A stretch of DNA of 64,000 nucleotides, taken from assembly GCA_965369705.1 (NCBI GenBank), contig CBDURF010000001.1, positions 3,361 to 67,360 on the forward strand, read 5' to 3'. A model generated the notes under the pieces. That model did not search any database, was not told the origin of the DNA, and saw nothing but the letters and a program-made list of their open reading frames with translations. Below are positions 1 through 10,864 of the stretch, in pieces. The translations under genes were made by a program, and so were the position numbers. Position 1 is the stretch's first letter. Every line of letters starts with the position of its first letter. Origin of the DNA: an uncultured bacterium (lineage in GTDB: Bacteria > Krumholzibacteriota > Krumholzibacteriia > LZORAL124-64-63).

Positions 1-2
1 TG

Positions 3-599
3 CCCCCGTGGGAACGGCGGGAACGGTACGGATTCCTCAACGGGCTGTATCTGACGGTCAAGGACGTTCTGCTGACGCCCCGCACCTTCTTCCACCGCAT
101 GCCCACCCAGGTCGGTCTGGCCCAGCCCCTTTATTTCGCCCTGGTCCTGGGCGTCGTCGCGGCCTTCTTCGGCTGGATGTGGTCCCTGGCCGGCAGTTCG
201 CTGCAGATGTTCCTGGCTGAGGATCTGGAGAAAGTGGTCAAGGGGCCCCTTTATTCCTTCCTGGCCTTCCTGTTCAGCCCCGTGACCGTGGCGATCCTCG
301 TCTTTCTGAAGGCGGGTCTCATCCACCTGGTGCTGATGCTCGTCGGCGGCAACAAGCTCGGCTTCGAAGCCACCTTCCGGGTGGCCGCCTACGGCGAAGC
401 GGCCGGCATCATGGCTCTGTTGCCCTTCTGTGGTGGCATCCTCGGTGTGCTGTGGAGTCTGTTCATCACCATCGTCGGGTTGTACAGCATCCACGAAACC
501 GATCCCTGGCGCGCCGTCCTGGCGGTGGTCGCCCCCATGATCCTGTGCCTATCCCTGATCAGTGTGAGCGCCATCCTGGTGATGATGGGCCTGAGTTGA
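3..599 (+). CDS. Yip1-domain integral membrane protein, 5'-partial (frame open to window edge; internal ATG at 99)
   Basis: Frame 3 is open from nt 3. Multi-pass hydrophobic protein with GLYLTVKDVLLTP...FFHRMPT, typical of Yip1/YIP1-family membrane proteins. Confidence 0.6.
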   Translation, partial: PPWERRERYGFLNGLYLTVKDVLLTPRTFFHRMPTQVGLAQPLYFALVLGVVAAFFGWMWSLAGSSLQMFLAEDLEKVVKGPLYSFLAFLFSPVTVAILVFLKAGLIHLVLMLVGGNKLGFEATFRVAAYGEAAGIMALLPFCGGILGVLWSLFITIVGLYSIHETDPWRAVLAVVAPMILCLSLISVSAILVMMGLS

Positions 600-608
600 C
601 CCCCCCCC

Positions 609-1016
609 ATGCGCCTTGACCCTGAAAAATCCCCCCTACCCCGGTTGCTGGTGTTTCCTTTTGGTATCCTGGCCGTCTTCGGCTTTGCCGTGGTCAAATT
701 CAAGCCCGACCTGGTCCTGCGCCTGGCCCATTGCACCCTGCGCGACATGACCGGCGTGCCCTGTCCCACATGCGGAGGTACTCATGCGACGGTGGCCCTG
801 GCCCACGGGCGCTGGGCCGATGCCTTCGCCGCCAACCCCCTGGTCGCCGGGGGCCTGGTCGTGTTCGGGATCTGGCTTCTTGCCGGAGCGCTCGCCACGG
901 CCTTGCCTGGACTGCGACGGAATCTGGTGCTGACCTCCCGGGAAAAGAGAACCGCCAGGATCCTGGCGGTTCTCGTTCTTCTGTCGGCCTGGATCTGGGA
1001 GATCCTGCGGATATGA
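609..1016 (+). CDS. DUF2752-like small membrane protein (CPxCG motif)
   Basis: 135 aa, two TM helices, VPCPTCGGTHA motif characteristic of DUF2752. Lies 10 nt after the Yip1 gene. Confidence 0.55.
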   Translation: MRLDPEKSPLPRLLVFPFGILAVFGFAVVKFKPDLVLRLAHCTLRDMTGVPCPTCGGTHATVALAHGRWADAFAANPLVAGGLVVFGIWLLAGALATALPGLRRNLVLTSREKRTARILAVLVLLSAWIWEILRI

Positions 1017-2159
1017 TCAGAATTCCGCCAGCAGCTTTCGGGCGATGACCAGACGCTGGATCTCGCTGGTGCCTTCATAGATGCGCGTGACCCGCACGTC
1101 CCGGTAGTAGCGCTCCACCGCGTATTCCTTGCAGTAACCGTAGCCTCCGTGAATCTGGAGGGCGATGTCGGCGGCGCGCCAGCCCGCTTCGGTGGCCACC
1201 ACCTTGGCCATGGCCGCCTCCTTGGTGTACGGGCGCCCCTCGTCCTTCAGCCAGCAGGCCCGGTAACCCATCATGCGGGCGGCCTCCAGGTCGGTGCCCA
1301 TGTCCGCGATCATGTTCTGGATCACCGGCTGGGCAGCCAGGGGTTTGCCGAACTGTTCGCGGACCCGGGCGTACTTGATCGCTTCCTCGAAGCAGGCCTG
1401 CCCGATGCCCAGGGCCTGGAAGGCGATGCCGATCCTGCCGCCGTCCAGGGCCGTCAGCGCGATCCGCAATCCCTCACCCTCGCCGCCCAGCAACTGTTTG
1501 GCCGGCACTCTGACTTCGTCCAGGTCGATGGTCACGGTGTCGCTGCACCGCAGCCCCATCTTGTCTTCCTTCTTGGCGATCGAGAGGCCGGGCGTTCCCT
1601 TTTCGACGATGAAGGCGTGGGTGTCCTTGTGTCCACTGGTGCCCGGGGTCCGGGCCAGGATGACGAAAAAGGCCGCGCGGCTCCCGTTTGTCACGAAGGA
1701 TTTGCTGCCGTCCAGCACGTAGTGGTCGCCGTCCTTCCGGGCCGTGGCGACAAGTCCCGCCGCGTCGCTGCCCGAGCCCGGTTCGGTGACGCAGAAGGCC
1801 GCGATCTCGCCGGCGGCCATGCGGGGCAGGAATTGTTTCTTGACCTCCTCGGTGCCGAACATGGCCAGCGGATAACTGCCCACGCTGTTGTGCACGGTGA
1901 TCATCACGCACACTCCGGCGCTGGCCTTGGCCAACTCCTCGACCACCAGGGAATAGGTGAGCGTGTCGACACCCAGACCGCCGTACTTTTCGGGAAAGGA
2001 CAGACCGAAGAAACCGTTGTCGCGCATCTTGGCGATCAGGTCGTCGGGCATGGTCGCCTCGACATCCATCCGGTGGGCGATGGGCGCGATTTCCTGGGCG
2101 GCGAAATCGCGCACCATGTCACGGAACATCTTCTGGTTTTCGTTCAGATCGAAATTCAT
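1017..2159 (-). CDS. acyl-CoA dehydrogenase (short/branched-chain type)
   Basis: MNFDLNENQKMFRD...YEGTSEIQRLVIARKLL, full acyl-CoA dehydrogenase (ACAD) fold motifs. ORF caller extended to 2318; the conserved N-terminus places the ATG at 2159. Confidence 0.9.
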   Translation of the reverse strand: MNFDLNENQKMFRDMVRDFAAQEIAPIAHRMDVEATMPDDLIAKMRDNGFFGLSFPEKYGGLGVDTLTYSLVVEELAKASAGVCVMITVHNSVGSYPLAMFGTEEVKKQFLPRMAAGEIAAFCVTEPGSGSDAAGLVATARKDGDHYVLDGSKSFVTNGSRAAFFVILARTPGTSGHKDTHAFIVEKGTPGLSIAKKEDKMGLRCSDTVTIDLDEVRVPAKQLLGGEGEGLRIALTALDGGRIGIAFQALGIGQACFEEAIKYARVREQFGKPLAAQPVIQNMIADMGTDLEAARMMGYRACWLKDEGRPYTKEAAMAKVVATEAGWRAADIALQIHGGYGYCKEYAVERYYRDVRVTRIYEGTSEIQRLVIARKLLAEF

Positions 2160-2265
2160 GGACTTCTCCGGGTTGCGTTTGGTCCAGGGTCGTCTCCGCC
2201 CACAATAATAAGCTCTGTCCTCCCTGCGCCCAAACCCGTTGACCCAGCTTCTGCGGCGGCCCTCC

Positions 2266-5247
2266 CTACCAGGGCGATGACCACCGCGTCCCCAGCCCGG
2301 GTCCCAGCAGGATCGCATTGATCAGCAGGCGCTCGCTTTCGACCACCCAGCGCCGGAAGGCGGGATGCCCCGCGAACAGGATCACCTGACCGCGGCCTAC
2401 CGCTTCGCGCGTGGCGTACCCGGTATGCGCGAGACGGGCGGCGGCCTCGGGCCAGAGCAGCCCGCCCAAGTGCATCCGTTCGGTGGCCGGGAACCTGGCC
2501 GCCACGGATACCGGGGGCGCCGCGATCATGGAATCGCTGCCGCCGAACCAGACGCTGATCGTAGCGTCCAGACCGTAATTGAGCCAGAATTCCTCATCCA
2601 GATCAGCCCGGAGAATCGCGCCCTGGGGCATGAAGCGCTGCAGGCGCCGGTCGGCCGCCTGCCGGTCGGTTTCCTCGGGAGCCTTCTTGCCCGGCGGCAG
2701 GATTTCCTTGAGCCAATCGTCCAGCAAAACCGGGGATTCCGTCAGGGGGGTCCCTTGCTCGAATCCTGCCGCGAAGGGCAGGGCGCCCGGTCCCAGGAGT
2801 GGGGCTACGTCATAGGGGGAATTGCGAACGGGCTTGGGTTTCTTCTCCCCGTCCTCCTTGGACGGGGGTGGGTCCACCCGCAGCCCGGTCGCCACCGGAC
2901 GGCCCGCGGTCTGGGCCTCGACCGCGCCGATACTCCAGACCGGCGGTGGAAATTCGGCCAACGCCTGGCCCCGGAAGCGGGCCTTGGTCAAACCCGTTTC
3001 CTGATCCGCCAGCATGCGGGCCCCGCCGTCGATGCCGATGGCCGTGCCGCCCGCTTCGATCCAGCGGCGCAAACGGTCGACTCCGCCGGCGCCCAGGACC
3101 TGACGGTACATGTCCGGACCGCCGAACACGCCGGGAAAGACCAGGACGTTGTACCGGGAAAGATCGGTGCTGCCGAAACGGCCCACGTCAAGGCTGCTGA
3201 ACCGCAGGTCGAGTTCCTGGTCCAGGAGGTGCCAGATCGCACCGTATTGGGTGGGAGAGACAGGCATGCCCGTCAGGACGCCGATCCGCGGGGCCACCAG
3301 GACCGGATATTCGCCGCCACCCATATAGGGACCGTCTTCCGCCCGCGACGTCGTCACCGGCACCAGAGCGACCCCGTGCGCGGCGGCGAGGCGGTTCAGC
3401 ACGGCGGTGAGGTCTTCCAGGTTGCCTTCCCGGCGGACCACCAGGGCGCCCCGCCGGAAAGCGAGCCCGGCGATGGTGAAGGGTTTTCGGGCGACCCGCA
3501 CCGTGACTCCGGCCTGGAGCAGACTCGCCAGCATCCGGGGCGCATGGTCGGGATCACCGTCGATGATCACTGAACTGTAGGGTTCGGCAAGGACCGTCAC
3601 GGCCACGGGCTCGGTCGGGGTCCAGGCCTGCCAGTCGCCACGCGGAACCCCCCGGCTCCAATAGGCCGGGATACCCCTCAACAGGGGCAGGGACCAGGCG
3701 GTGGTTTCGTAGAGGCGGCTACCCTTGCCCTTTTCCAGGTATTCCCTTTCATCCTGGAAGAATACGGCGTTCATGGGGACGTGGGGATCCAGGATCACCC
3801 GGGCCAGGAATCCCGCGGGCTGGTCCAGGCGCACCAGGAGGGTGCCCTCAGGCAGGTCCACCCCTGATTCCTCGCCGGTGCGGGCGTCGGTGAGTTTGTT
3901 GCCTTTGCTTGTTTCACCACGCAGGACCTCGACTTCCAGACCCTGGTCCCGCAACAGGGCCGCGAAAGGTTCAAGGCGTACCGGGTGACGAGAGTCCGGT
4001 GGAAAAACCCAGGCCCTGACCTGGCCGTTCCTCCCGTTTTCCACCGCCTGGGAACGCGCGGCGATCTGATCGGACAGAACCTCGGCCGAACTGTGGGCGA
4101 GCGAGGTCAGATTGGCCATCGACGAGGTGGTCTGGTGCTCGATGGCCTGGGCGAAGGTCCGCACCGTTCCGCTCCGCTTGCGCACGAGCGTGCCGGTTGT
4201 GCGGGACATCTCGTAAAGAATCCCGATGGCGCCGTGGTAGGAAGCCCAGGACGAACCGTACCCGGGGAAGAACTCCTCGTTCCACTCCCCGGTGAAGTAG
4301 GGATAGCCGCGCCCGTCCAGGGCCCGGGCCTGATCGTCGGAGAAGGGTAGCTCCCACTTGCGGGCGTTGGGCGGCAGATGGGGATTGAAGGGATGCCGGG
4401 GCGGCGGAAACAGATAGGTGGCGTTGGCCCCCATCTCATGGCTGTCCACCAGCAGTTGGGGCAGCCAGGAGGCAATCTCACGGGACCTGGCGCTTTCGGG
4501 CTGGTTCATGGTGAACCAGTCCCGGTTCATGTCGAACAGATAGTGGTTTCCGCGCCCCCAGGGCCAGACCGCCCGGTGGGAAAGATCGTCCTGGTCGGGA
4601 TTGGCCGAGCGGTGGGCGAAGGACAGGATCTGGGCCAGGTAGCGCGCCCGCCCGTCCGGGTTTTCGCAGGGATCGATGAGCACCAGCAGCCTGTCCCGCA
4701 GGCTTCGTGAGACCTCATCCTCCCCGGCGACAAGCACGTAGGCCAAGGCGGCGGCGGCGTCGGTGCTGCTCAGTTCGTCGCCGTGGATTCCGTAGGCCAT
4801 CCAGGCCACCGCCTTGGTGTTGCCCAAATCCTCGGCCGAGGTCTTATCTGATTGCCGGGGGTCCAGAAGCGTGACGTGACGCTGCTTGAACGCGTCCAGA
4901 TCGGCGATGGTCGCCTCGTCGGACACGGCCAGGATCACCACGGGCCGGCCTTCATGGCTGCGGCCGTATTCCATGAGGCGGGCCCGGGGCGAAGCGTCGG
5001 CCAGGGCTTGGTAAAAGGCCAGGACCTCCTCCGGCCGCAGGGGACGCTGTCCCGGTTCCACGCCTGTCACCCCGACCTGGGTCGGAAGGTCGGGATCAAA
5101 AACGGCGTTCGGAAAAAGCTCTTCGAGTGCGATGGCTTTCACCCCGGCGTTGAGACCGGCGGCTGCCGCGGACGAGATGAACAGGGAGCTTAAAAGCAGG
5201 GCGGCAAAAACGCCGGCCAGCAGGACTGGAACTTGAAACCTGAACAT
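2266..5247 (-). CDS. secreted M14-family zinc carboxypeptidase with long C-terminal region (993 aa)
   Basis: Signal peptide, then M14 motifs HGDE...NPDG...DSHEMG. Shine-Dalgarno (SD) GGAG 8 nt before the ATG at 5247. Confidence 0.75.
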   Translation of the reverse strand: MFRFQVPVLLAGVFAALLLSSLFISSAAAAGLNAGVKAIALEELFPNAVFDPDLPTQVGVTGVEPGQRPLRPEEVLAFYQALADASPRARLMEYGRSHEGRPVVILAVSDEATIADLDAFKQRHVTLLDPRQSDKTSAEDLGNTKAVAWMAYGIHGDELSSTDAAAALAYVLVAGEDEVSRSLRDRLLVLIDPCENPDGRARYLAQILSFAHRSANPDQDDLSHRAVWPWGRGNHYLFDMNRDWFTMNQPESARSREIASWLPQLLVDSHEMGANATYLFPPPRHPFNPHLPPNARKWELPFSDDQARALDGRGYPYFTGEWNEEFFPGYGSSWASYHGAIGILYEMSRTTGTLVRKRSGTVRTFAQAIEHQTTSSMANLTSLAHSSAEVLSDQIAARSQAVENGRNGQVRAWVFPPDSRHPVRLEPFAALLRDQGLEVEVLRGETSKGNKLTDARTGEESGVDLPEGTLLVRLDQPAGFLARVILDPHVPMNAVFFQDEREYLEKGKGSRLYETTAWSLPLLRGIPAYWSRGVPRGDWQAWTPTEPVAVTVLAEPYSSVIIDGDPDHAPRMLASLLQAGVTVRVARKPFTIAGLAFRRGALVVRREGNLEDLTAVLNRLAAAHGVALVPVTTSRAEDGPYMGGGEYPVLVAPRIGVLTGMPVSPTQYGAIWHLLDQELDLRFSSLDVGRFGSTDLSRYNVLVFPGVFGGPDMYRQVLGAGGVDRLRRWIEAGGTAIGIDGGARMLADQETGLTKARFRGQALAEFPPPVWSIGAVEAQTAGRPVATGLRVDPPPSKEDGEKKPKPVRNSPYDVAPLLGPGALPFAAGFEQGTPLTESPVLLDDWLKEILPPGKKAPEETDRQAADRRLQRFMPQGAILRADLDEEFWLNYGLDATISVWFGGSDSMIAAPPVSVAARFPATERMHLGGLLWPEAAARLAHTGYATREAVGRGQVILFAGHPAFRRWVVESERLLINAILLGPGLGTRWSSPW

Positions 5248-5448
5248 TATGATCTCCTGCGGGGGAACATTGATAGCGGAGGGTGCGTTCTCTGGGCGCG
5301 GACATCATATCACAGTTTCGAAATTTGCCAACCAATGACGAAGCCGCCGGACCCGAAAAGGTCCGGCGGAGTGGTGTATAACCTCCAACTGGGATCCACG
5401 GGAAATCCGGCAGCGATTTCACGCCGGACACATCCTCAGAGGCACAAC

Positions 5449-6591
<1,143 letters not shown>

Positions 6592-6617
6592 GTCGCACTC
6601 CTTGGCTCCGGGTCAGG

Positions 6618-7460
6618 TCAATCGTAATCGTAGAAGCCCTTGCCGCTCTTGCGGCCCAGATAACCTGCATCAACCATCCGCCGTAACAGAGGACAGGGAC
6701 GATATTTACTGTCCCCGAAGCCATCGTACAGAACTTCCATGATGTCCAGACAGATATCCAGGCCGATGAAGTCGGCCAGGGTCAGCGGCCCCATGGGATG
6801 GGCCATGCCCAGTTTCATCACCGTGTCGATGGCCACCCGGTCCGCCACGCCTTCCATCAGGCAGTAGACGGCCTCGTTGATCATCGGCATCAGCACCCGG
6901 TTGGCGATGAATCCCGGATAGTCCTGCACCGTGACGGGCGCCTTGCCCAGATCTTCGGCAACTTTGGTGACGACGGCCAAGGTCTCGTCGCTGGTGGCCT
7001 GGCCGCGGATGATTTCGACCAGCTTCATGATCGGCACGGGGTTCATGAAGTGCATGCCGATAACCTTGTCCGCCCGCTTGGTAACGCCGGCGATCTTGGT
7101 CAGGCTGAGGCTGCTGGTGTTGCTGGCCAGAATCGTGTTGGGTCCGCAGATGCCGTCCAGGGTGGTGAAGATCTCCTTTTTGATCTCGAAGTCCTCGAAG
7201 ACCGCCTCCACGACCAGTTCGCTGTCCCCGGCGGCCTGCAGGTCCGTGGCCGCGTTCACCCGGCCGAGGGTGGCGGTGGCGTCGTCCTGGGTGATTTTCT
7301 CTTTCTTGACCATGCGGCCCAGGTTTTTCTCGATCGTGGCCAACGCCCGGTCGAGATACTCCTGCTTGACGTCGATCAGGTTCACGTCGTTGCCGAACTG
7401 GGCGAAGATCTGGGCGATGCCGTTGCCCATGGTCCCGCCGCCGATCACCGAAACTTTCAT
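6618..7460 (-). CDS. hbd: 3-hydroxybutyryl-CoA dehydrogenase
   Basis: MKVSVIGGGTMGNGIAQ Rossmann N-terminus, 280 aa, 3-hydroxyacyl-CoA dehydrogenase family. Confidence 0.9.
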   Translation of the reverse strand: MKVSVIGGGTMGNGIAQIFAQFGNDVNLIDVKQEYLDRALATIEKNLGRMVKKEKITQDDATATLGRVNAATDLQAAGDSELVVEAVFEDFEIKKEIFTTLDGICGPNTILASNTSSLSLTKIAGVTKRADKVIGMHFMNPVPIMKLVEIIRGQATSDETLAVVTKVAEDLGKAPVTVQDYPGFIANRVLMPMINEAVYCLMEGVADRVAIDTVMKLGMAHPMGPLTLADFIGLDICLDIMEVLYDGFGDSKYRPCPLLRRMVDAGYLGRKSGKGFYDYD

Positions 7461-7496
7461 GGTTTGATCCTTTCCCTTTGCGGTTCAGTCCCTGGT

Positions 7497-8684
7497 CTAT
7501 GGAATGGAAATGGCCATGCTCACGGCGTCGCCGCCGCCCAGGCACAGACTCGCGATGCCGTCGCTGACGCCCCGGTCCTCCATGGCGTGCAGCAGCGTCA
7601 CCAGAATGCGGGCCCCCGAGCAACCGATGGGATGTCCCAGGCTGACCCCGCCCCCGTTGACGTTCACCTTGTCCTGGTCCAGGCCGAGTTCGCGCATCAC
7701 TGCCAGGCTCTGGGCCGCGAACGCCTCGTTCAGTTCGAACAGGCCATAGTCGCCGATGGTCTTGCCGGTCTTGGCCAGCAGGTTCTTCACGCTGGTCACC
7801 GGAGCCATCATCACCTCGTTGGGTTCGACCGCGCCGGTGCTGGCCGCCTCGATATAGGCGCGGATGGTCAGGCCGTTCGCCTTGGCGAACTCCTCGCTGC
7901 AGATCAGAAGAGCCGCCGCGCCGTCGTTGATCGAAGAGGCGTTGCCCGCGGTGACGGTGCCGCCATCACGTTTGAAGGCTGGACGCAGCTTGGCCATCCC
8001 CTCCGGCGACGCATCCCCGCGCGGACCCTCGTCGCGGGACACGACCACCGGGTCACCCCTGCGCTGGGGAACCTCCACGGGAACCACTTCCTTGTCGAAC
8101 CTGCCCGCTTCCCAGGCCGCGACGGCCATCTGATGACTGCGGGCGGCGTAGGCGTCCTGATCCTCACGGCTGACTTCGAAATTGTCGACCACCCACTCGG
8201 CGGTCATACCCATGTGATAGTTGTTGTAGATGTCCCAAAGTCCGTCATGGACCAGAAGATCCGTGACTTTGCCGTCGCCCAGGCGCAGACCGTCGCGGGC
8301 CTTGAGCAGGGCGTAGGGAATCTGGCTCATGTTCTCGAAGCCCCCGGCGATGATGCAGTGCTTGTCGCCGGCGCGGATGGCCTGATCGGCCAGGGCCACG
8401 GACTTCAGGCCCGACCCGCAGACCTTGTTGATGGTCATGGCGCTGACGCTCGCGGGGATGCCGCCGAAGATCGCGGCCTGCCGTGCGGGGTTCTGCTGAA
8501 GACCCGCCTGGCAGACGTTGCCCATGATCACCTCATCCACCTTGGCGGGATCGAGGTCCGCCCTTTCGAGAACGGCCTTCACACACAGGGCGCCGAGCTG
8601 GGGCGCCCGAACGGAGGCCAATCCTCCCTGGAACCTGCCGATGGGGGTGCGCACAGCTGCACAGATCACGGATCGGTTACTCAT
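7497..8684 (-). CDS. acetyl-CoA C-acetyltransferase (thiolase II)
   Basis: VCGSGLKSV active-site Cys region, [19 protein letters not shown]-terminal motifs. Confidence 0.92.
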   Translation of the reverse strand: MSNRSVICAAVRTPIGRFQGGLASVRAPQLGALCVKAVLERADLDPAKVDEVIMGNVCQAGLQQNPARQAAIFGGIPASVSAMTINKVCGSGLKSVALADQAIRAGDKHCIIAGGFENMSQIPYALLKARDGLRLGDGKVTDLLVHDGLWDIYNNYHMGMTAEWVVDNFEVSREDQDAYAARSHQMAVAAWEAGRFDKEVVPVEVPQRRGDPVVVSRDEGPRGDASPEGMAKLRPAFKRDGGTVTAGNASSINDGAAALLICSEEFAKANGLTIRAYIEAASTGAVEPNEVMMAPVTSVKNLLAKTGKTIGDYGLFELNEAFAAQSLAVMRELGLDQDKVNVNGGGVSLGHPIGCSGARILVTLLHAMEDRGVSDGIASLCLGGGDAVSMAISIP

Positions 8685-8699
8685 GATTCAGTCTCCTTT

Positions 8700-9845
8700 T
8701 CAGTCCGCCAGTTCGTGCCGGCCGATGACCATGCGCTGGATCTCGCTGGTCCCCTCGCCGATGGTACAGAGTTTGGCATCGCGGTACATTCGTTCCACCG
8801 GGTATTCGGTAGTGAAGCCGTATCCCCCCAGAATCTGGATGGCCTTGTCGGTGACGAACATGGCCGTCTCGCTGGCGTGCAGCTTGGCCATGGCTGCCAT
8901 CTGTCCGAAATCCTCCCCGGCGTCCTTCTGCCGGCAGGCTTCATAGGTGAGAAGCCGCGAGGCCTGGATCTGGGTGGCCATGTCCGCCACCATGAATTCG
9001 ATCGCCTGGAACCTGGCGATGGGCCGCCCGAACTGCTGGCGTTCCTTGGCGTAGGCGCGGGCGACGTTGAAGGCGCCCACGGACAGGCCCAGGGCCAAAG
9101 CGGCGATCGAGATCCGGCCGCCGTCCAGCGTCATCATGAAATACTTGAAGCCCTCGCCCTCCTTGCCAAGCAGGTACTCACCGGGAATCCGCACGTCCTC
9201 GAGGGTCAAGGGAGCGGTATCGGAAGCCCGCAAACCCAGTTTGTTTTCCTTCTTCTCCACGGTGAAGCCCGGCGTGTCGGTGGGAACGATGAAAGCGCTG
9301 ATGCCGTGGCTGCCTTTTGCCTCGGGATCGGTCTTGGCCGTGATGATCAGGGCCCCCGCGTAGTGGGAGTTGGTGATCCACATCTTGCTTCCGTTGAGAA
9401 CCCAGTCGTTTCCGTCCCTGACGGCGGTAGTGCGGGTGCCGCCGGCGTCGCTGCCGGCCTCGGCCTCGGTCAGGCCGAAGGAGAGCAGGGATTTTCCCGC
9501 TGCCGCCGGGGGCAGGAATTTCTTCTTCTGTTCCTCGGTGCCCAAGGCCGCGATGGGCCAGCAGCCGAGGCTGTTGTGGGCGGCCACGGTCAAACCGTGA
9601 CTGCCGCAGACCCGCGAGACCTCCTCGACGACCAGGGCATAACTCGTCATGTCCGCGCCCACGCCGCCGTACTCTTCGGGAACAGCAAGCCCCAGGAAGC
9701 CCAACTCCCCCATCTCCTTGACGGTGGCCTCGGGGAACTGCGCGGTCCGGTCGATTTCCTGGGCGATGGGAGCGAGTCGGGAATTGGCGAAATCCCGGGC
9801 CATCTGCCGGATCATTTTCTGGTTTTCATTGAGATGCATTTTCAC
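8700..9845 (-). CDS. acyl-CoA dehydrogenase
   Basis: MKMHLNENQKMIRQMARDFA...GEGTSEIQRMVIGRHEL; third ACAD paralog in the cluster. Confidence 0.92.
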   Translation of the reverse strand: MKMHLNENQKMIRQMARDFANSRLAPIAQEIDRTAQFPEATVKEMGELGFLGLAVPEEYGGVGADMTSYALVVEEVSRVCGSHGLTVAAHNSLGCWPIAALGTEEQKKKFLPPAAAGKSLLSFGLTEAEAGSDAGGTRTTAVRDGNDWVLNGSKMWITNSHYAGALIITAKTDPEAKGSHGISAFIVPTDTPGFTVEKKENKLGLRASDTAPLTLEDVRIPGEYLLGKEGEGFKYFMMTLDGGRISIAALALGLSVGAFNVARAYAKERQQFGRPIARFQAIEFMVADMATQIQASRLLTYEACRQKDAGEDFGQMAAMAKLHASETAMFVTDKAIQILGGYGFTTEYPVERMYRDAKLCTIGEGTSEIQRMVIGRHELAD

Positions 9846-10018
9846 TCCTGAAGATCCCTGGGATTCCCTCGGTCGGGGACTAGGAAACAGGCTGCATAAG
9901 CGACGGTCAGATTACAAGAACAAGGTGAATAATTAAAGGAAAATCAACCGGTTTGGGCCGGAACGGCGGGATATTCACGTGGATGGGGTCTGCGGGGAGC
10001 GTCCCGAAAGAGGACGAA

Positions 10019-10036
10019 CCGGGACTCCTTTCCCGG
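10019..10036 (-). terminator. putative hairpin (CCGGGA-N6-TCCCGG) 3' of the lamin-tail-domain gene / upstream of the ACAD operon
   Basis: Perfect 6-bp inverted repeat followed (minus sense) by TTCGTCCTCTTTCGGG; weak T-tract. Confidence 0.25.
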
Positions 10037-10091
10037 CCCGTCCTGGCGCCGGGTCACGGGGACGGCCCGGCAGGGGATCAAGGCGGGTTGA

Positions 10092-10766
10092 TCATCGGAA
10101 AATCGCCTTCACCTCCCCGAAGGAACGGTCTTCGACCGCCACCTGGCCTTGGCACAGGTTGGGAGCCCCGGGCGACGGCGCACACCCGGTGCCAACCGGA
10201 TCCCGGTCGCCACCATAGGGATTGAGGGCATCGAACAGGATCCAGTCGCTCATCTCGGTGTTGAAACCGCAGGAACGGTCGTCCTCGCCTTCATGGTCGT
10301 CGTAGGAAATGGAGAACATCAACTCCAGCGCCGGGCCATCCGGACCTTCGTAGCTTCTCAACAGCTGGACGAAATCGCCCCCGTTGTTGAGGCTGAAGCC
10401 CGAGGTGGTCAAACCCATCTCCGTCTGCCACGCCACCGCTTCGGAACCATAGAAAACCGCGGTTTCACCCGGGTCCAGGACACCGGACAACCCGAGGTGG
10501 GGTTCCTCGCCCAGAATGTCCCGCAGGAAATAGCCCGCAAGGTTGATCGGCTCCGGCCCGTTGTTCAGGATTTCGATCCACTCATCGTTCTTGAAGTCGA
10601 CCGTGCCGTCGCCGTCCCAGTCGCTGGCCGGGTCGGCCAGCACCTCGTTGATGACGATGAAATCATCGACCTGGGCGACCGCAGGACCGCCCACCACCAG
10701 GAGGAGGAAAGTCCAAACCAGGGTCACCAGGGCGAGGGGAGGTTTTGTCATGAAGAGATTTTTCAT
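10092..10766 (-). CDS. secreted lamin-tail-domain (LTD) protein
   Basis: Signal peptide, then FIVINEVLADP...DEWIEILNNG...NLAGYFL, the LTD signature. Confidence 0.7.
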   Translation of the reverse strand: MKNLFMTKPPLALVTLVWTFLLLVVGGPAVAQVDDFIVINEVLADPASDWDGDGTVDFKNDEWIEILNNGPEPINLAGYFLRDILGEEPHLGLSGVLDPGETAVFYGSEAVAWQTEMGLTTSGFSLNNGGDFVQLLRSYEGPDGPALELMFSISYDDHEGEDDRSCGFNTEMSDWILFDALNPYGGDRDPVGTGCAPSPGAPNLCQGQVAVEDRSFGEVKAIFR

Positions 10767-10864
10767 GCTAGAATCCGTCCCGGGAGGACGTAAGTGGCCG
10801 GGCTCGGCAGGCGTTTTCCTGAGACACGAACCGGCGGAGCTCTTTTGCCAGAAACGGACCAGAG

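Noticed and set aside
6798-9851. 1017-aa ORF on the + strand spanning hbd, thiolase and an ACAD. Similar long + strand ORFs lie at 33202..35679, 19065..20903, 21072..23267, 23319..25331, 45594..47420, 48061..49215, 36966..38042 and 39642..41324.
   Set aside because: They are antisense to well-supported conserved genes. Their translations are Gly/Arg/Pro/Asp-rich low-complexity sequence with no homology, the typical stop-codon-poor antisense frames of high-GC DNA.
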